A stretch of DNA of 56,849 nt, counting the filler, from Catajapyx aquilonaris (Eukaryota), in NCBI GenBank assembly GCA_000934665.2. It is 3 parts of 3 records of this genome, joined end to end, with 100 filler letters (N's around TTAATTAATTAA, not from the genome) between each part and the next. Parts side by side here need not be neighbours in the genome. Positions count along the whole stretch, not along the records: positions 18,973 to 37,897 come from JYFJ02006586.1; positions 37,998 to 56,849 come from KZ539562.1; 1 more part is not named here. One strand, written 5' to 3'. Positions 36,903 through 49,180 of this stretch are shown here, piece after piece. The stretch's first letter is position 1; each line of letters begins with the position of its first letter. The notes under the pieces were generated by a model. It ran no database searches and had not been told where the DNA came from. It saw nothing but the letters and a program-made list of their open reading frames with translations. The position numbers were made by a program, and so were the translations under genes.

Positions 36903-37210
36903 GGGGAGGTATGGTAACGTCTCGACTTGCTGAGTGAGAGGCCCCAGGTTTCTATCCCTGCATGAGGAGTTCCTTTTCACCTGCGTCAGGAGGGTCTCTG
37001 ACCTGCATCTTGGAGGTGTCTGGCAACCTAACCGCCTGGGGAACAGCACATGATCCCTTTTCAGACATTGCACTTGCACCTATGTTCCCTCCCCAAAAAT
37101 CCCTATCCTTACCCCATGTCCTTTCATCCTTGCACCGGAGTTAGAAGAGAAATCAAGAAAATGGAGTGAAATGGTGGCATTCCACCCCCCTGAAAGGGGC
37201 TATGGCATAA
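36903..37210 (+). mobile_element. Diverged tRNA-SINE related to family A
   Basis: Degenerate B box ggtttctatccc; shared motifs cattgcacttgcac and atggtggcattccaccccc. Confidence 0.55.
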
Positions 37211-37224
37211 ACAGCAAAATAATA

Positions 37225-37740
37225 CCGTATTACCTCTCATATTGCGGCATGCCGGTGTAGGCGAGATCGACCAGTTTTTTAACATGCTTGATCTGGTGGC
37301 TATACTGGCATGCTGGTATAAGGCGAGGTTTTCACGTAAGTTACATTATCCTTTCCGAACTTGGCATTTGCCTGAAAAGCAAAATTCACGTAAAGGCTAT
37401 CAAAAAGCCACATTTTCTGGCAATAATCTCTATTTAAACAGTATGTTGGAGCAGGGGGTTCCCCTGTCAAAGCAGACTGACGATGGGATTGGTCACACAA
37501 TCTACATTTTTTATACGCACTGTGCAACAGAAGTTGCATATTCTCACAGCTTGTACACCCACCCATTTTCATTGTAGCATTATCTTAGTATGATACCTGA
37601 TGCATTCAAAAAAATTTGGCAAGGATCAAAATTACGGAAATCTACCTCGGTTATTGCAACATGCCGGCCACCCCCGGGTTATACCGGCATGCTGGTCGAC
37701 CTCGTTTTATACCGGCGTGCCGCAATATGAGAGGTAATAC

Positions 37741-37742
<2 letters not shown>
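37225..37742. mobile_element. pogo/Tigger-type MITE
   Basis: TA-ccgtattacctctcatattgcggca ... tgccgcaatatgagaggtaatacgg-TA. Confidence 0.85.
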
Positions 37743-37802
<60 letters not shown>

Positions 37803-37897
37803 AAGCAGTGCTTGACCTCTTTGCGAGGTATGGGGCCGTCCATAATCCGCGCGGACAAGTGACGGGGGGGGAGGGGGGTTGCACTTTGTCCGCTTTT

Positions 37898-37997
37898 NNN
37901 NNNNNNNNNNNNNNNNNNNNNNNNNNNNNNNNNNNNNNNNNTTAATTAATTAANNNNNNNNNNNNNNNNNNNNNNNNNNNNNNNNNNNNNNNNNNNN
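37898..37997. other. Scaffold gap with artificial TTAATTAATTAA linker
   Basis: N run with ttaattaattaa at 37942-37953. Confidence 0.95.
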
Positions 37998-38319
37998 CCA
38001 ACATCAAAATTCTGGATAAACGCCTGAATTGCAATATCTTCGACCGATCAAACCGATTGGAATTTGTGCTGGTCTACGTTTCTATGGTACTTTTGCTCCA
38101 CCACAGTCAGACGTGCATCAACGTCGATGCCAAGTTCCAATACTATCCACGGTCATGTGACTTGGGTCACTTTACGCTACTGTCCGCGATCGGAGGCTAC
38201 TACTAGAAGACCTCAGGGGAGGGGGAGGGGGGGAGGGGAGCGGGACGATCAAGGTGGATCAAGGTCCACTTTTTGTCAAAAATGAGTTACATATTCCATA
38301 GGATCGTTTGACTAGCGTA

Positions 38320-38700
38320 GATTATGATGGTCCGGTCGTTGTTGTGGTGACATGATCATAGTTCGCTATGAGAGGCCCTGAAATATTTGGCATTGTTGGA
38401 AGAACGATCAACGTCCACCACCTTTTGGGGGGAGGGGGTATGATCAATGCCCACCCTTGCACTAGGCGACAATCAACTGTTTTTTTGCAGATGGGGGGAG
38501 AGACAAAATAAAAACTACACAATCATCAGAGGCCTCATGTATCATGCTACAGTTGTGCATAGGTTTCTAACAATCCAAGTGGCATATTTCCCATCAGAGG
38601 TCACAGTTACAAGGTGTAGTGTGACAAAGATTTTGGCTTGATAAACCAGCGTCCTGAAACGTTTGTTTCTTCCGATTGGGCCACGATTTTTGACGTGGAT
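38320..38700 (+). pseudogene. Sola1-like transposase remnant, paralog of 17990-18600
   Basis: QNKNYTIIRGL...RFLTIQV..FP/IRGHSY..*CDKDFGLINQRPETFVSSDWATIF with frameshifts. Confidence 0.7.
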
Positions 38701-38717
38701 ACGTCTTTAAAATCGGA

Positions 38718-39310
38718 TCAGGGGGCACGCAGGCAAACTCGAGCGAGAAAAGCGTTACAGAAAAGCGTCGGTTAGAGCAGACTCGGTTATAATAGACTAA
38801 CGCTTTTCTCGCTCGAGTTTGCCTGCATGTCCCCGCCATGGGCCCCCCGGCGGGGCCCTGCTGTAACGCTTTTCTGTAACGCTCGAGTTCTTAATAAAAA
38901 TCGACATGCCCTTACCTTGTATGGTACCAAACAAGGTCTGCCTGGAGAATATGCTGGAAATGGTTCCCTCCAGCATCCAAGCACTTTTGTTTGCCAGCCT
39001 GCATATTGGCGTATATAATTATCTCCCGCCGTATCGGGGCTGTAGGGGGTCAAATGTTCTTGGCTTAATCCTGTATATGATGTGGGCCCTTCATTAAACC
39101 CCACAAGAAGAAATCAACCACTCAACCAGCTTCAGCTCTCCGAGGCCGGGAAGGTGTACCTGCTGGCTGCCCAGCTCCCCTCTGCACGGCCCTGTATACG
39201 CCAGTATGCAAACTCGCATTCAAAAATTCTTGGATGCTGGACCGGACAATTTCCAGCATATGCTTTAGGCAGACCTTGTTTGGCATCATACATGGTAAGT
39301 AACATGTCAA
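38718..39310. repeat. Two adjacent foldback structures (38718-38835; arms at about 38900-39015 and 39194-39310)
   Basis: gcaggcaaactcgagcgagaaaagcgtta / taacgcttttctcgctcgagtttgcctgc; ccaaacaaggtctgcct / aggcagaccttgtttgg. Confidence 0.7.
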
Positions 39311-40398
39311 TTTCCATTGAGAACCATCCAATAATTAAAATGCAATTGGGGAATGTTTGGGTTCGGTTTCGGGAGATTCGCCCTGTATAGAAAGGCAACC
39401 GGTATGGGATTTCAAGAAAAATAGCTAGGGAAATGTGTCCACATCGATGTGACCAGTGTTTCTCTTTTGTTAGAATTTATAAAACTGATTGTTCAGCATA
39501 ATATTAGGAAACATCTATGCAATATCTTGTCTCATTCTCGTTTAGTATGCTATTAATTATTATATCAGTGCATGTAACTACTGGGAGCACCCATGATTTT
39601 ACTGCTTCTTCCATTCACATTTTGACCAGTACATGGTGTCACTCGACATAGTGTCATCAGATATAGATAAGCATGGTGTTTCATAATCTCCCATCAGCTA
39701 TGCGGCAGTGGCTCTACTTGTTATTCTGCATCCCAAAGCATAAAGCACCACCCATAGTTTAATCTGCATTATGCCACCCTACTCCGGATCACCCATAGCG
39801 ATAACTGAGTGAGATATTAGGCTCCGAAAGATGCGATTGACAGCTAAGGTGACTAGGAAATAATCATACGCAAGATATGACGATTCTGCTTCTTGCAGAG
39901 CTTCTTACTCCCCGCAGTTATGGGCAGCTTTCACATGAGAGAATGGAGTGAAACCTGCTCGTACCTCGGGAGAATATGACATTATACAGGGTTCGGAAAG
40001 GACCTGTTCAAGGTTACCCTGAGTAGCCCCACAACCCAAACGACAAAAATTAGGCTCATCTTGTAGTGCGTATTCTATGCACCTAGTTTTACGCTATACC
40101 CCGCTGTGTTCGCCACTCACTGTATCTTTGATGTGGCAGGTGTTGCTATCTGGCGGCCTTGGTAGTATTCAGAATATGTTGCCACATGGGGCACCACATC
40201 ATAATAACAGTTGGGCCAACGACATTTATGTGGTTTTACACCGTAAAAATGTTGTAAGAATAATAGCGTATGAAACGTAAACGCAAAAGCAAACGTAAGA
40301 ATAATAGCGTTGGACAAATGCCGTACGCGAGTGTCAAACATGCGAAATGCAACCCCCATCTTGATATGCCGCGTATGTCCAATCGCGTATCTCTCCCT

Positions 40399-40456
<58 letters not shown>

Positions 40457-40478
40457 TTCTCTCTCCTCCAATCCCCCG

Positions 40479-40518
<40 letters not shown>

Positions 40519-40771
40519 CAAAATGGCGTTCGTTGGCAAAGCAAGGCCGAACCCTTGCTCCAATCTGTTGAACGTGTTGAAGGTCACCTGTTAGAAGCAT
40601 TCTTCCATTGAATGACAATATATTAGAGTGGCTGGACAGCACCATTTCGATCCAACTCCCCTGCATTGCCAAGTTTCAGTGATCTGCTCCAATCTAAAGA
40701 AACGAATCATTGTGCCATGCGGGTTGCTTTGCTTATACTCACAAGGAAAGGTCACGGGGTGATAATGATGG

Positions 40772-40912
40772 TGTTGCATATGTTGATAGTTGCATATGTT
40801 GCATAGCGATGAATATCAATAAACTCTTTGACTAGTGGTAATTTAGAACAGACGTATTTTCCTTTCACTCTCCATTTCCCTGTCCTCCTACGATCGACAG
40901 GGGAATATAACA
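40772..40912 (+). repeat. 5' LTR
   Basis: tgttgcata...gaatataaca; contains AATAAA; identical to 43409-43549. Confidence 0.95.
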
Positions 40913-40914
40913 AT

Positions 40915-40925
40915 TGGCGACGAGG
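40915..40925 (+). promoter_or_regulatory. Primer binding site, complementary to the tRNA-Ser(GCT) 3' end
   Basis: TGGCGACGAGG, 2 nt after the 5' LTR; complement of ...CCTCGTCG-CCA. Confidence 0.8.
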
Positions 40926-41034
40926 CGGAGAAGATACCTACGTGTTCCAGCACACTACGCTGTACTACTACGGAGATTTCCGGGCGTGAGTGTTACTACA
41001 ACTAACCTACACTAACATACTGCAAGTACTCATC

Positions 41035-43377
41035 ATGCCAAATCATGGACAATTGGGAGTGTTCGACCCATCAAAAGAGTCTAGTGAAACTTGGGACGAG
41101 TACCTGGAGAGAGCAGAGTTCTATTTTACCGCTAACAAAACCAGAGAGGGAGAGAAGCTGGCTGTTCTGCTGAGTGCCGTGGGACCTTCTACTTTCCGTA
41201 CCATACGTGCAGTGGTAGCTCCGAAGAAACTGTCTGACATGTCTTACAATGATGTCAGAGCTGCAGTGGGAGTCCACTTCAACCCCACACCGTCAGAGAT
41301 TGTGCAGCGATGCAAGTTTCACCGTCGACTGCAGCAGCCAGGAGAATCTGTTAGTGATTACGCGAATGACTTACGTAGACTGACGGAACACTGCAACTTC
41401 TCGGACATAAGTGATCGACTGAGAGATCAGCTTGTGGTGGGTATTGCAGATGAGAAGATTCAGCGTAAGTTGCTGGAGGAGACTACTCTCACTTTCGACA
41501 TGGCACACAAAATTGCCGTTGCTACAGAAACAGCAGAGCAGGATTCGGCTTCTCTGCGTGTCAAAGAGGTGTGCAGGGTCGAAGCTACCAAGATTGTGTG
41601 CTACCGCTGCGGCAGCCTACATCACAAGGCCGATTCTTGTAAAAGGAAGGGCATTACATGCAACTTCTGCAAGAAACTGGGCCACATGGAGAAAGTTTGT
41701 TTGCTAAAGAAGAAGTCTGCTGGCAAGATGACGACTGCAAAGACTACAAAGGCAGAAGGAACAAAGCAAGCCAACTTGGTGGAAGCAAATGAAGTGCTAA
41801 CCCTCTCCGTGGATGGCAAGATGTACGACATTTGCCAGGTGGGAACAATTCAAACCACACCTAAATGCAAGACACGTTTGATGATGCACGGACGACAAGT
41901 CGACATGATCGTCGATTCCGGTGCCGATGTGTCAATAATTGGAACGGACACTTTTCAACGCTTGTGGCCAGTTGATCCACCCTTACTACGTCCTACATTT
42001 GTGATTCTTCAGGCGTGGGGTCATCAAGCACTACAAATGAAGGGTGTGGCAGACGTGGAAGTAAACCACCAGGGGAAGAAAACTACGTTGCCTTTGGTGG
42101 TGGTCAATGGACTGGGACAAACACTTCTGGGTCGAAACTGGTTTGCACCGCTGGGAATCACCGTGCAGGGCATACATGCCATCAACAATTACAAGATTCC
42201 TGATTGGCGGATGGAATTTCCTCTTCTATTCAGCAGTGGTCTAGGGAAGTACAAGGGACCTCCAGTGTCAGTAGAAGTGGATCAGAACGCTCATCCTCGA
42301 TTCATGAAGGCAAGACCGCTTCCATTCGCTTTGGTGACGTCAATCTCAGAGGAATTGGACAAGCTGCAAAGAGACGGAATATTGGAGCCGGTCAGACATT
42401 CGAAATGGGCCTCTCCAATAGTGACAGTCAGGAAGCCGGATGGATCTTGGCGCATATGCGGGGACTACAAAGGTACTGCCAATACTGCAATCAATGCTGA
42501 TGCCTACCCCATACCTGCATCTGCTGAAATCCTGTCTACATTGGCTGGTGGAGTGGTGTTTTCACGCATCGACTTGACACAAGCTTACCAACAGTTACCT
42601 GCTACTGAGGAAACTGCATGCCTGCTTACAATCAATACACACAAAAGATTGTTCAAAGTAAATAGGCTTCAGTTTGGCATTTCCTGCGCCACAGGGGTCT
42701 TCCAGCGTTGCATGGACAACACCCTGGCTGGCATTACTGGTGTTTCTGCTTACCTTGACGACATACTGGTACAAGGTGCTACACAAGAGGAACACGACAA
42801 CCGTGTGAGAGAGGTGCTACAACGCCTCCAAGATACTGGACTGAAGGTCAACGCTACGAAATGTGCTTTTGGAGTGGATTCTGTTCGTTTCCTGGGCTAC
42901 CAGATAGATGCTGCTGGGACGCACCAGGCCAAGGACAAGGTAGAAGCCATCAGAGCAGCACCTTCACCTACAAATGTGAAGGAACTACGCTCATTCTTGG
43001 GTCTGTTAAATTTTTACGGGACGTTCTTCAAGGATAGAGCTACCCTGTTGGAGCCATTACATCGACTCCTAGATGAGAAGGCGAAGTGGAATTGGACCAA
43101 GGACCACCAGAAGGTGTTCGAAGCGGCAAAGGAAAGAGTGCTGGAGGAGGAGTCATGGCTCCCTGGAGTGGTATCTGCAGTTGAAGGCCCCCGGACCTAC
43201 AGTACTGTTATATCTACCGGACAGGAGATACGTCGGCATGTGGACCACATGCGCCCTAGGATACCAAAGACGGATCCAGAGTTCACAGAAGGGAGTCCCG
43301 TGTCTGCACCGCGGCCGGAGCAACGACCGCAGAGGGTCCGGCAGCTTCCCACAGCTTTGAAATATTATGTACCATAA
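41035..43377 (+). CDS. Gag-protease-RT polyprotein fused in frame to the integrase C-terminal module; lacks RNase H and the integrase core
   Basis: Two CCHC knuckles (CYRCGSLHHKADSC, CNFCKKLGHMEKVC); protease VDSGAD; RT WASPIV...RICGDYK...YLDD; LRSFLGLLNFY; then directly WLPGVV...GPRTY...RRHVDHMR. Confidence 0.92.
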   Translation: MPNHGQLGVFDPSKESSETWDEYLERAEFYFTANKTREGEKLAVLLSAVGPSTFRTIRAVVAPKKLSDMSYNDVRAAVGVHFNPTPSEIVQRCKFHRRLQQPGESVSDYANDLRRLTEHCNFSDISDRLRDQLVVGIADEKIQRKLLEETTLTFDMAHKIAVATETAEQDSASLRVKEVCRVEATKIVCYRCGSLHHKADSCKRKGITCNFCKKLGHMEKVCLLKKKSAGKMTTAKTTKAEGTKQANLVEANEVLTLSVDGKMYDICQVGTIQTTPKCKTRLMMHGRQVDMIVDSGADVSIIGTDTFQRLWPVDPPLLRPTFVILQAWGHQALQMKGVADVEVNHQGKKTTLPLVVVNGLGQTLLGRNWFAPLGITVQGIHAINNYKIPDWRMEFPLLFSSGLGKYKGPPVSVEVDQNAHPRFMKARPLPFALVTSISEELDKLQRDGILEPVRHSKWASPIVTVRKPDGSWRICGDYKGTANTAINADAYPIPASAEILSTLAGGVVFSRIDLTQAYQQLPATEETACLLTINTHKRLFKVNRLQFGISCATGVFQRCMDNTLAGITGVSAYLDDILVQGATQEEHDNRVREVLQRLQDTGLKVNATKCAFGVDSVRFLGYQIDAAGTHQAKDKVEAIRAAPSPTNVKELRSFLGLLNFYGTFFKDRATLLEPLHRLLDEKAKWNWTKDHQKVFEAAKERVLEEESWLPGVVSAVEGPRTYSTVISTGQEIRRHVDHMRPRIPKTDPEFTEGSPVSAPRPEQRPQRVRQLPTALKYYVP

Positions 43378-43400
43378 GCTGCCATAAGTTTGTTTCTACT

Positions 43401-43408
43401 GGGGGAGG
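43401..43408 (+). promoter_or_regulatory. Polypurine tract
   Basis: gggggagg abutting the 3' LTR. Confidence 0.8.
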
Positions 43409-43549
43409 TGTTGCATATGTTGATAGTTGCATATGTTGCATAGCGATGAATATCAATAAACTCTTTGACTAGTGGTAATTTAGAACAGACGTATTTTCCT
43501 TTCACTCTCCATTTCCCTGTCCTCCTACGATCGACAGGGGAATATAACA
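43409..43549 (+). repeat. 3' LTR
   Basis: Identical to the 5' LTR. Confidence 0.95.
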
Positions 43550-43899
43550 GACGGATCTTGATGAAATTGATCATGCTAATGCAGGAAAATATATGATACC
43601 CAAAAATGAAATATTTCGTGCGGAGGCCCATATTTGCAAAAGTTATGACATCTTAAAGTTCCAACAATAATACATTTTCATACTCCACGGGATTACATTA
43701 GCGACCACATAATAATGACATTGAAGTGTGTACTAATCAGTTTCTAGACCTTTTCTCATTCTTTCAGGGAGCATGTGAATCGATATATCGTAACCTAGGC
43801 AACATATCGATTCCAGTATCGGCTTGGGCGATAACATCATGGCGGCCGATGACGCTCATTGCAAACACGTCCAACGTCAGGAATCAGCCCCTGTGCCAG

Positions 43900-44220
43900 A
43901 GAGGCAGGTAAAACCCGGAGTAAATCCCCGAAAAGCACGGTTAGGAATACACGGAAACGGGAAACTAACTTCGAAATCAAACGATAATAACCCGCCCGTA
44001 AAGTAGACTTGTGAGGATAGAGTGAACCCGGAAGACCGGAAGTGGCGCGTCACCAGAAGATGACCATGAAACCTATTTTGGTCACGCTCAATCCGAATAT
44101 GAAAACCGTTTGTCGCTATCGATTACAGTTTAGGCCTTGATACCTGTCCACAGACGGACGGACGGACGGACGGCCAGAGCCGTTCTGTATGACTTTTTCC
44201 GATGAGAAAAGGTCTAGAAA
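43900..44220. mobile_element. DINE-1/HINE-like terminal fragment
   Basis: (GACG)n microsatellite, then stem-loop gactttttc-cgatga-gaaaaggtc and an A run. Confidence 0.45.
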
Positions 44221-46252
44221 CTGATTACACACTTCAATGTCATTATATGTGGTCGCTAATGTAATCCCATGGAGTATGAAAATGTATTATTTTTGGAACT
44301 TTAAGAGGTCATAACTTTTGCAAATATGGGGTTCCGCACGAAATATTTCATTTTTGGGTATCATATATTGTCCTGTATTAGCATGTTAAATTTCATCAAG
44401 ATCCGTCATTATCACCCCGTGACCTTCCCTTGTCAGAATAACCTTGAACAGGTCCTTTAATCTACCGTCGCTTTGGGAAATAATAGAGGGAGATAGGCGA
44501 TCACTTTGAGTATATGAAACACGGGTCTCCGACGTACAGCTACAGAGAAAATTAGCATTAAATAAAATTTTCATTATCCCAGCTTATAGGTGTTGGATAC
44601 TGCTTACGACATTTCCATCGCCTAGGCCACTCCCTGCTACACCTAACAAGATTGTAAGTTTAAATTACTGTAAATACATGGTGACAAAAAGGTAAGGTCG
44701 CGGGGAGGGACGCATACGTGCCAGGATATATTTTATACCTTGTGTTTGAAGCACATTATCTTGGTAACTATGTGTCGGAGACCCATGATGCATATACTCA
44801 AAGTGATCGCCTAGAACCCACCTATCGTTTCTCAAAGCGACGCAACGCGACGCGACGCGACGCCGCGATGGTAGGTTAAATTTTCCGAACCCTGTGTATA
44901 CGTGTCTGCCCGTGTCTGCCAGTGCGGTCACAAAAGCGCATGTCGTCTCATCTTAGCAAAACGTTAAAAACTATAAACTATTATTGCCTTGGCCTTATAC
45001 CGTACATGGTTGTGGTATCAATGCCATGTAGCCAACATGAAATTGAATGTCGTTTATTGCAAAGGTTTCTGGGCGTGAGGGTGGAAGAAGATAGTGACGC
45101 GACGGGTGGAAAAATTAACGAAATGAGGATACAGTAATCAAACTAATCGTCCCCCTACCTCTCTTTATATCAAATATTACTATAGCTCTCTTTTGAAGGA
45201 GATTACAGTAGTCAGGTCCAATATATTTACTTTTACTCAACCCAGACATCTCAATCAAAGCACACTTCTCTTCTTTCCCTCATTGCTCTATAATCTATAA
45301 TTCTATATCATCCGATCCAAATTCTTCCTGAGCTTATATTTGTTTCTCCACTCATTTGATGCACTTTATTCACTTAGAAAGCACAACAATATTACCTACC
45401 AGCTAGTGTAAAAAAAAACATTACCCAAGTTCCATCCCTGAAGTTCAGCAGAGAATAGTGACCATCTACGGCATTTGCCGGAGTAGAGACCCTTATAACC
45501 TCGCCTCACAGCTAACCGCAGAATCACGGGCACTGTGGATATGAGCAGGAGTTTCACATCCCCTAGCCACAAGCCCGCTCCGCCTCTGCTACCCAATCGA
45601 ATTAACCTTAAAGGGACACTCCACTCAAAATACAAGTTGCGCTGTAAAAATCTGGCAAAAAATCCTGATTCCGGTGGTAAAATCAGTTTTTCTAAGAGAC
45701 CAACGGTAAGGCCAGGGTGAAAGTTGGAAATGTGTCGGTCGAAAACCGCGCTCGGCGCAGGTGGCGACGCCACCAGATGAGGTCGCACCGGGCGGAACTA
45801 GACAAGGGGATGGCGCGAATTAAAGTGCTTAACGTGCTTCCACTGTGTACCAGCTAAGTGATGCCTTCTCCGCACCGTTGGGGCTTCTGACTGCCTCGTT
45901 AGCCTCCGTATCAGGTCGCGCACTCTCTTTTTCCATGATATTCGGTCCCGGAACAGATTCACTGGACTGCACCGACATGGAATAACCGCGACGGGTTGAG
46001 AATAGCAGCTAATATGTGTTAAGGCCCAGAAGATTGCTAATGGCTCTACTTCAATGACTAATTCCAATTTGAAGCACTATTGGTGTATGCCAGGCCAAAA
46101 AAGACGCTGTCCTCATTGAGTCCTTGTTCCCGGCTATCTAACGGCATAATTTGTGTTATTTTTAGTGCATTTGCAACGGAGAAAACATTAAAATCAGCTG
46201 TACATATAAAGGGATGCAAGCAGTAACGCCATCTCTGGGCCAAGACGCAGCG

Positions 46253-48012
46253 CACAGTGGGACGGATCTCGAAAAACGCGAAAGAAAATAATATCTCATG
46301 AACTAATCATAATTTATGTGTGAAATAGTTCTTCTATATGTTATCGAGGTCGCTGAATCCGTTGGCGTTAGGCCAAACCTCTAAAAACTATAAATCCATA
46401 AATAATGTACTGTATGTTATTGCATGAATAAGAAATGCTGTGGCTCATCCGAATCATTTAATCTTTGAATATTCGGCACTTTTCCGTTTCCTGAATGCCA
46501 CAGCACCCCTGTGTAGGTGTTTGTTGATGTTAGATGATTGTTAGTTGATTGTTGGTTCTACCCTTCCAACCATTACCAGTAGGATTGTAGTCTGGGAAAC
46601 CGCTTGTTAACAATCAACAACCGAATACTGGTGTTCAGGAACTTAAAAGTGTGAATCAGAAACAGTGTCATTTTTACTTCTTCTCATCCGTACGAACTAT
46701 ACGTTTAGGGTCTGAGCCTGTAGAAGTCTGCGAAAAATGACCTCTTTTAAGTTAAACTGAGAGCTTTTCGACATGTGTTCACATTACGGTTTCAAGTTGT
46801 TTTTTTCTCGCGCATGTCTGCTTAGTGCATGACCTACGTACAGCACTGTACTGTATCAGTATGACAAAGATTGACGTCAAATTAATGGCAACACAAACAT
46901 ATGAAGATGGAAAAATGACTAACTCATACGTACACGAACCAAGAGGCATAACAATAGTTTCCTCAGACTCTCAATTTTCAAATGGCAAGCATATGCTTCT
47001 CGAATGTTTAGGAGGTTTCTCGTGGAGTGTTTTCACACCTCACCTAGGCCTTAATTTAATTTAATATTGAGTGTTTGTCGTCTGAGATGGGCAGGGGTGG
47101 GGGAGGGGACGGGTTGTTTACAGGTTTATTTTTACCAGTTGTAATTTAGTTCATATTTTGGGTTAGCTTGTGGCTCCCGACAGCGCTGACTACCCCTCAT
47201 AGGGAAAAATGTCGTGATGGTGATGATGATGTAGGGCTTAATATTTGAATGAGGGTGGAATATTCCAAAAACCACTTATATTGGCGAGGGATTTCCCCGC
47301 GCGTAGGCACAATTATTGCATGGCATGTTGAAAGAAAAACTTTCGAGTTACGCAGTGAATATCATAAGGTGTGCATTAAACATTAAAGCATAATAAATTG
47401 CCATCTCCGTATATTTTCTTCAGATTGAAGATCATAAGAGACCCCAAAGCGATGAATGAAATTCCTGAAAAAAGGCAGCTCGCCGTACAAATATTGCCAC
47501 GAATTCTCCAGCTGCTGCGTGCCGCAGCTGAATCTTTCTTTGCCTGATACCACACTATCTTTAGATCAAGATGGTACCCTTTTTGTGTCATAGGCGCAAT
47601 TAGTGCGCTTTGTAGACCTGTGTTTACATAAAAAATAATGTCAGGTACGCCTGTCACGGAAATTTTTATTTGATAGGTTAATACTAATTTTAAAATGGGC
47701 TATTTTTGTGTTTTGACATTATTCATTAAATGCTCTACCAGGGCAGATGGGTAATTATTGTTAATCCGCTGTGTTTAGCTACCTCAAGGGCTCAAGCTAT
47801 TTGAAAGCGAAGCCTATTTTGACCACCAATTCACACATTCTTTTTCTTGTGACTTTGGGACCATGGGGCATTATTCACGCAAAAACAAAATAAACAAGCC
47901 CTGCTTAATGTGGCCCAATCCCTTGTTGTGTAATGTATGCCAATGTCAAGGTCATACCTAAAAATTGAAAATTCGATTTTCGCTCGGGTTTTTCTCGATT
48001 CTGCCTACTGCG
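46253..48012. mobile_element. Transib-like non-autonomous element with RSS-like ends
   Basis: Left CACAGTG-10nt-CGAAAAACG; right (reverse complement) CGCAGTA-10nt-AGAAAAACC; cgcagcg on both flanks. Confidence 0.55.
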
Positions 48013-48250
48013 CGCAGCGCAGCAAAGGAGTAAGAATTCCCGTTAAGCCCCATGCAGGCGTGTGGTTTGCCGCCTGGCCGCCAGAAGGGGTTTTGTTGCA
48101 GGTAGTTTTACGAACTTGAAAAGTCTCGTTTATAATACACAAGACTGTCACAGAATACGCTGTGTATGGCAATATCCTCATATGATTATAAAGCAGAGTT
48201 TGTTGATTTTGGGGTTTGTATGTCTCGCCTACTTAACCCACTTCCCGAGG

Positions 48251-48536
48251 CAGTGGCGGATTTAGGGGGGGGGGGGGGNNNNNNNNNNNNNNNNNNNNNN
48301 NNNNNNNNNNNNNNNNNNNNNNNNNNNNNNNNNNNNNNNNNNNNNNNNNNNNNNNNNNNNNNNNNNNNNNNNNNNNNNNNNNNNNNNNNNNNNNNNNNNN
48401 NNNNNNNNNNNNNNNNNNNNNNNNNNNNNNNNNNNNNNNNNNNNNNNNGGTTCACTCTATCCTCCCCTTCCCCGTGGCCACTTCCCCCCCCCCCCCCCCC
48501 CCCCCCCCCCAGAAAAAATTCCTGGATCCGCCACTG
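48251..48536. mobile_element. hAT MITE, poly-G/C family, spanning an N gap
   Basis: cagtggcggat ... atccgccactg; perfect 8-bp TSD tcccgagg. Confidence 0.9.
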
Positions 48537-48867
48537 TCCCGAGGTACGAGAGCGCCCAAACTGGCCACACCCGTGTCTTACGTGTCCCAGTTTCTATTTG
48601 GAATGCTAAAAGAACCCCCTCTAGATGGCGTTTCCGGACACGGGTTCCTATGTCAAAAATACTTGTCTTGGTCCCCTCTATTACCCCTGCAAGTCTTTAC
48701 AGAGTTACAGGAAACACTCGGTATAAGAACTTTCATATATCGTGTGGTTCAGAAGTTACCTCACATCTGTATCGGCTACGCTCTCGACAGCGTCCACGAA
48801 ATTTTAATCGATGTGAGGTAAATTCTAAGCAGCCCCCGGACACTTATACTACGTTCTGCTGTTATCA

Positions 48868-49180
48868 CCTGCCGACGCGTTTTGCAGAAGATGCTCACTT
48901 GAGAGCGCCATGAGACATTTCAGTCTCCGGTCAAGTGGCGACCCTACCGGACTAGGCTGAACTTTATAGGTACAAAACTAACAAAAGGGAAGCGCTACAT
49001 GCGGGCCCAAAATGGCCGCCGGCGCCCATGTTGGGTCCACCAATGTAGCGCTTCCCTTTTGTTAGTTTTGTAGGCTACCTATAAAGTTCAGCCTATTCCG
49101 GTAGGGTAGCCACTTGACCGGAGACTGAAATGTCCCATGGCGCTCTCAAGTGAGCAACTTCTGCAAAACACGTCGGCAGG
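48868..49180. repeat. 313-bp near-perfect foldback element
   Basis: cctgccgacgcgttttgcagaag...atgagacatttcagtctccggtcaagtggc / gccacttgaccggagactgaaatgtcccat...cttctgcaaaacacgtcggcagg. Confidence 0.9.

Larger units (their letters stand above)
40772..43549 (+). mobile_element. Ty3/gypsy (Mag-like) LTR retrotransposon, internally deleted, 2778 bp
   Basis: Identical 141-bp LTRs with TG...CA ends, PBS, PPT, single gag-pol ORF, TSD gatgg/gacgg. Confidence 0.95.
39997..44458. mobile_element. Composite AAAGGACCTGTTC-ended DNA element: inverted copy of 436-1076 fused to a related foldback element; hosts the LTR retrotransposon
   Basis: Outer TIRs aaaggacctgttcaaggtta / taaccttgaacaggtccttt; inner arms 40741-40771 plus 43550-43707 versus 44228-44433. 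Confidence 0.75.
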
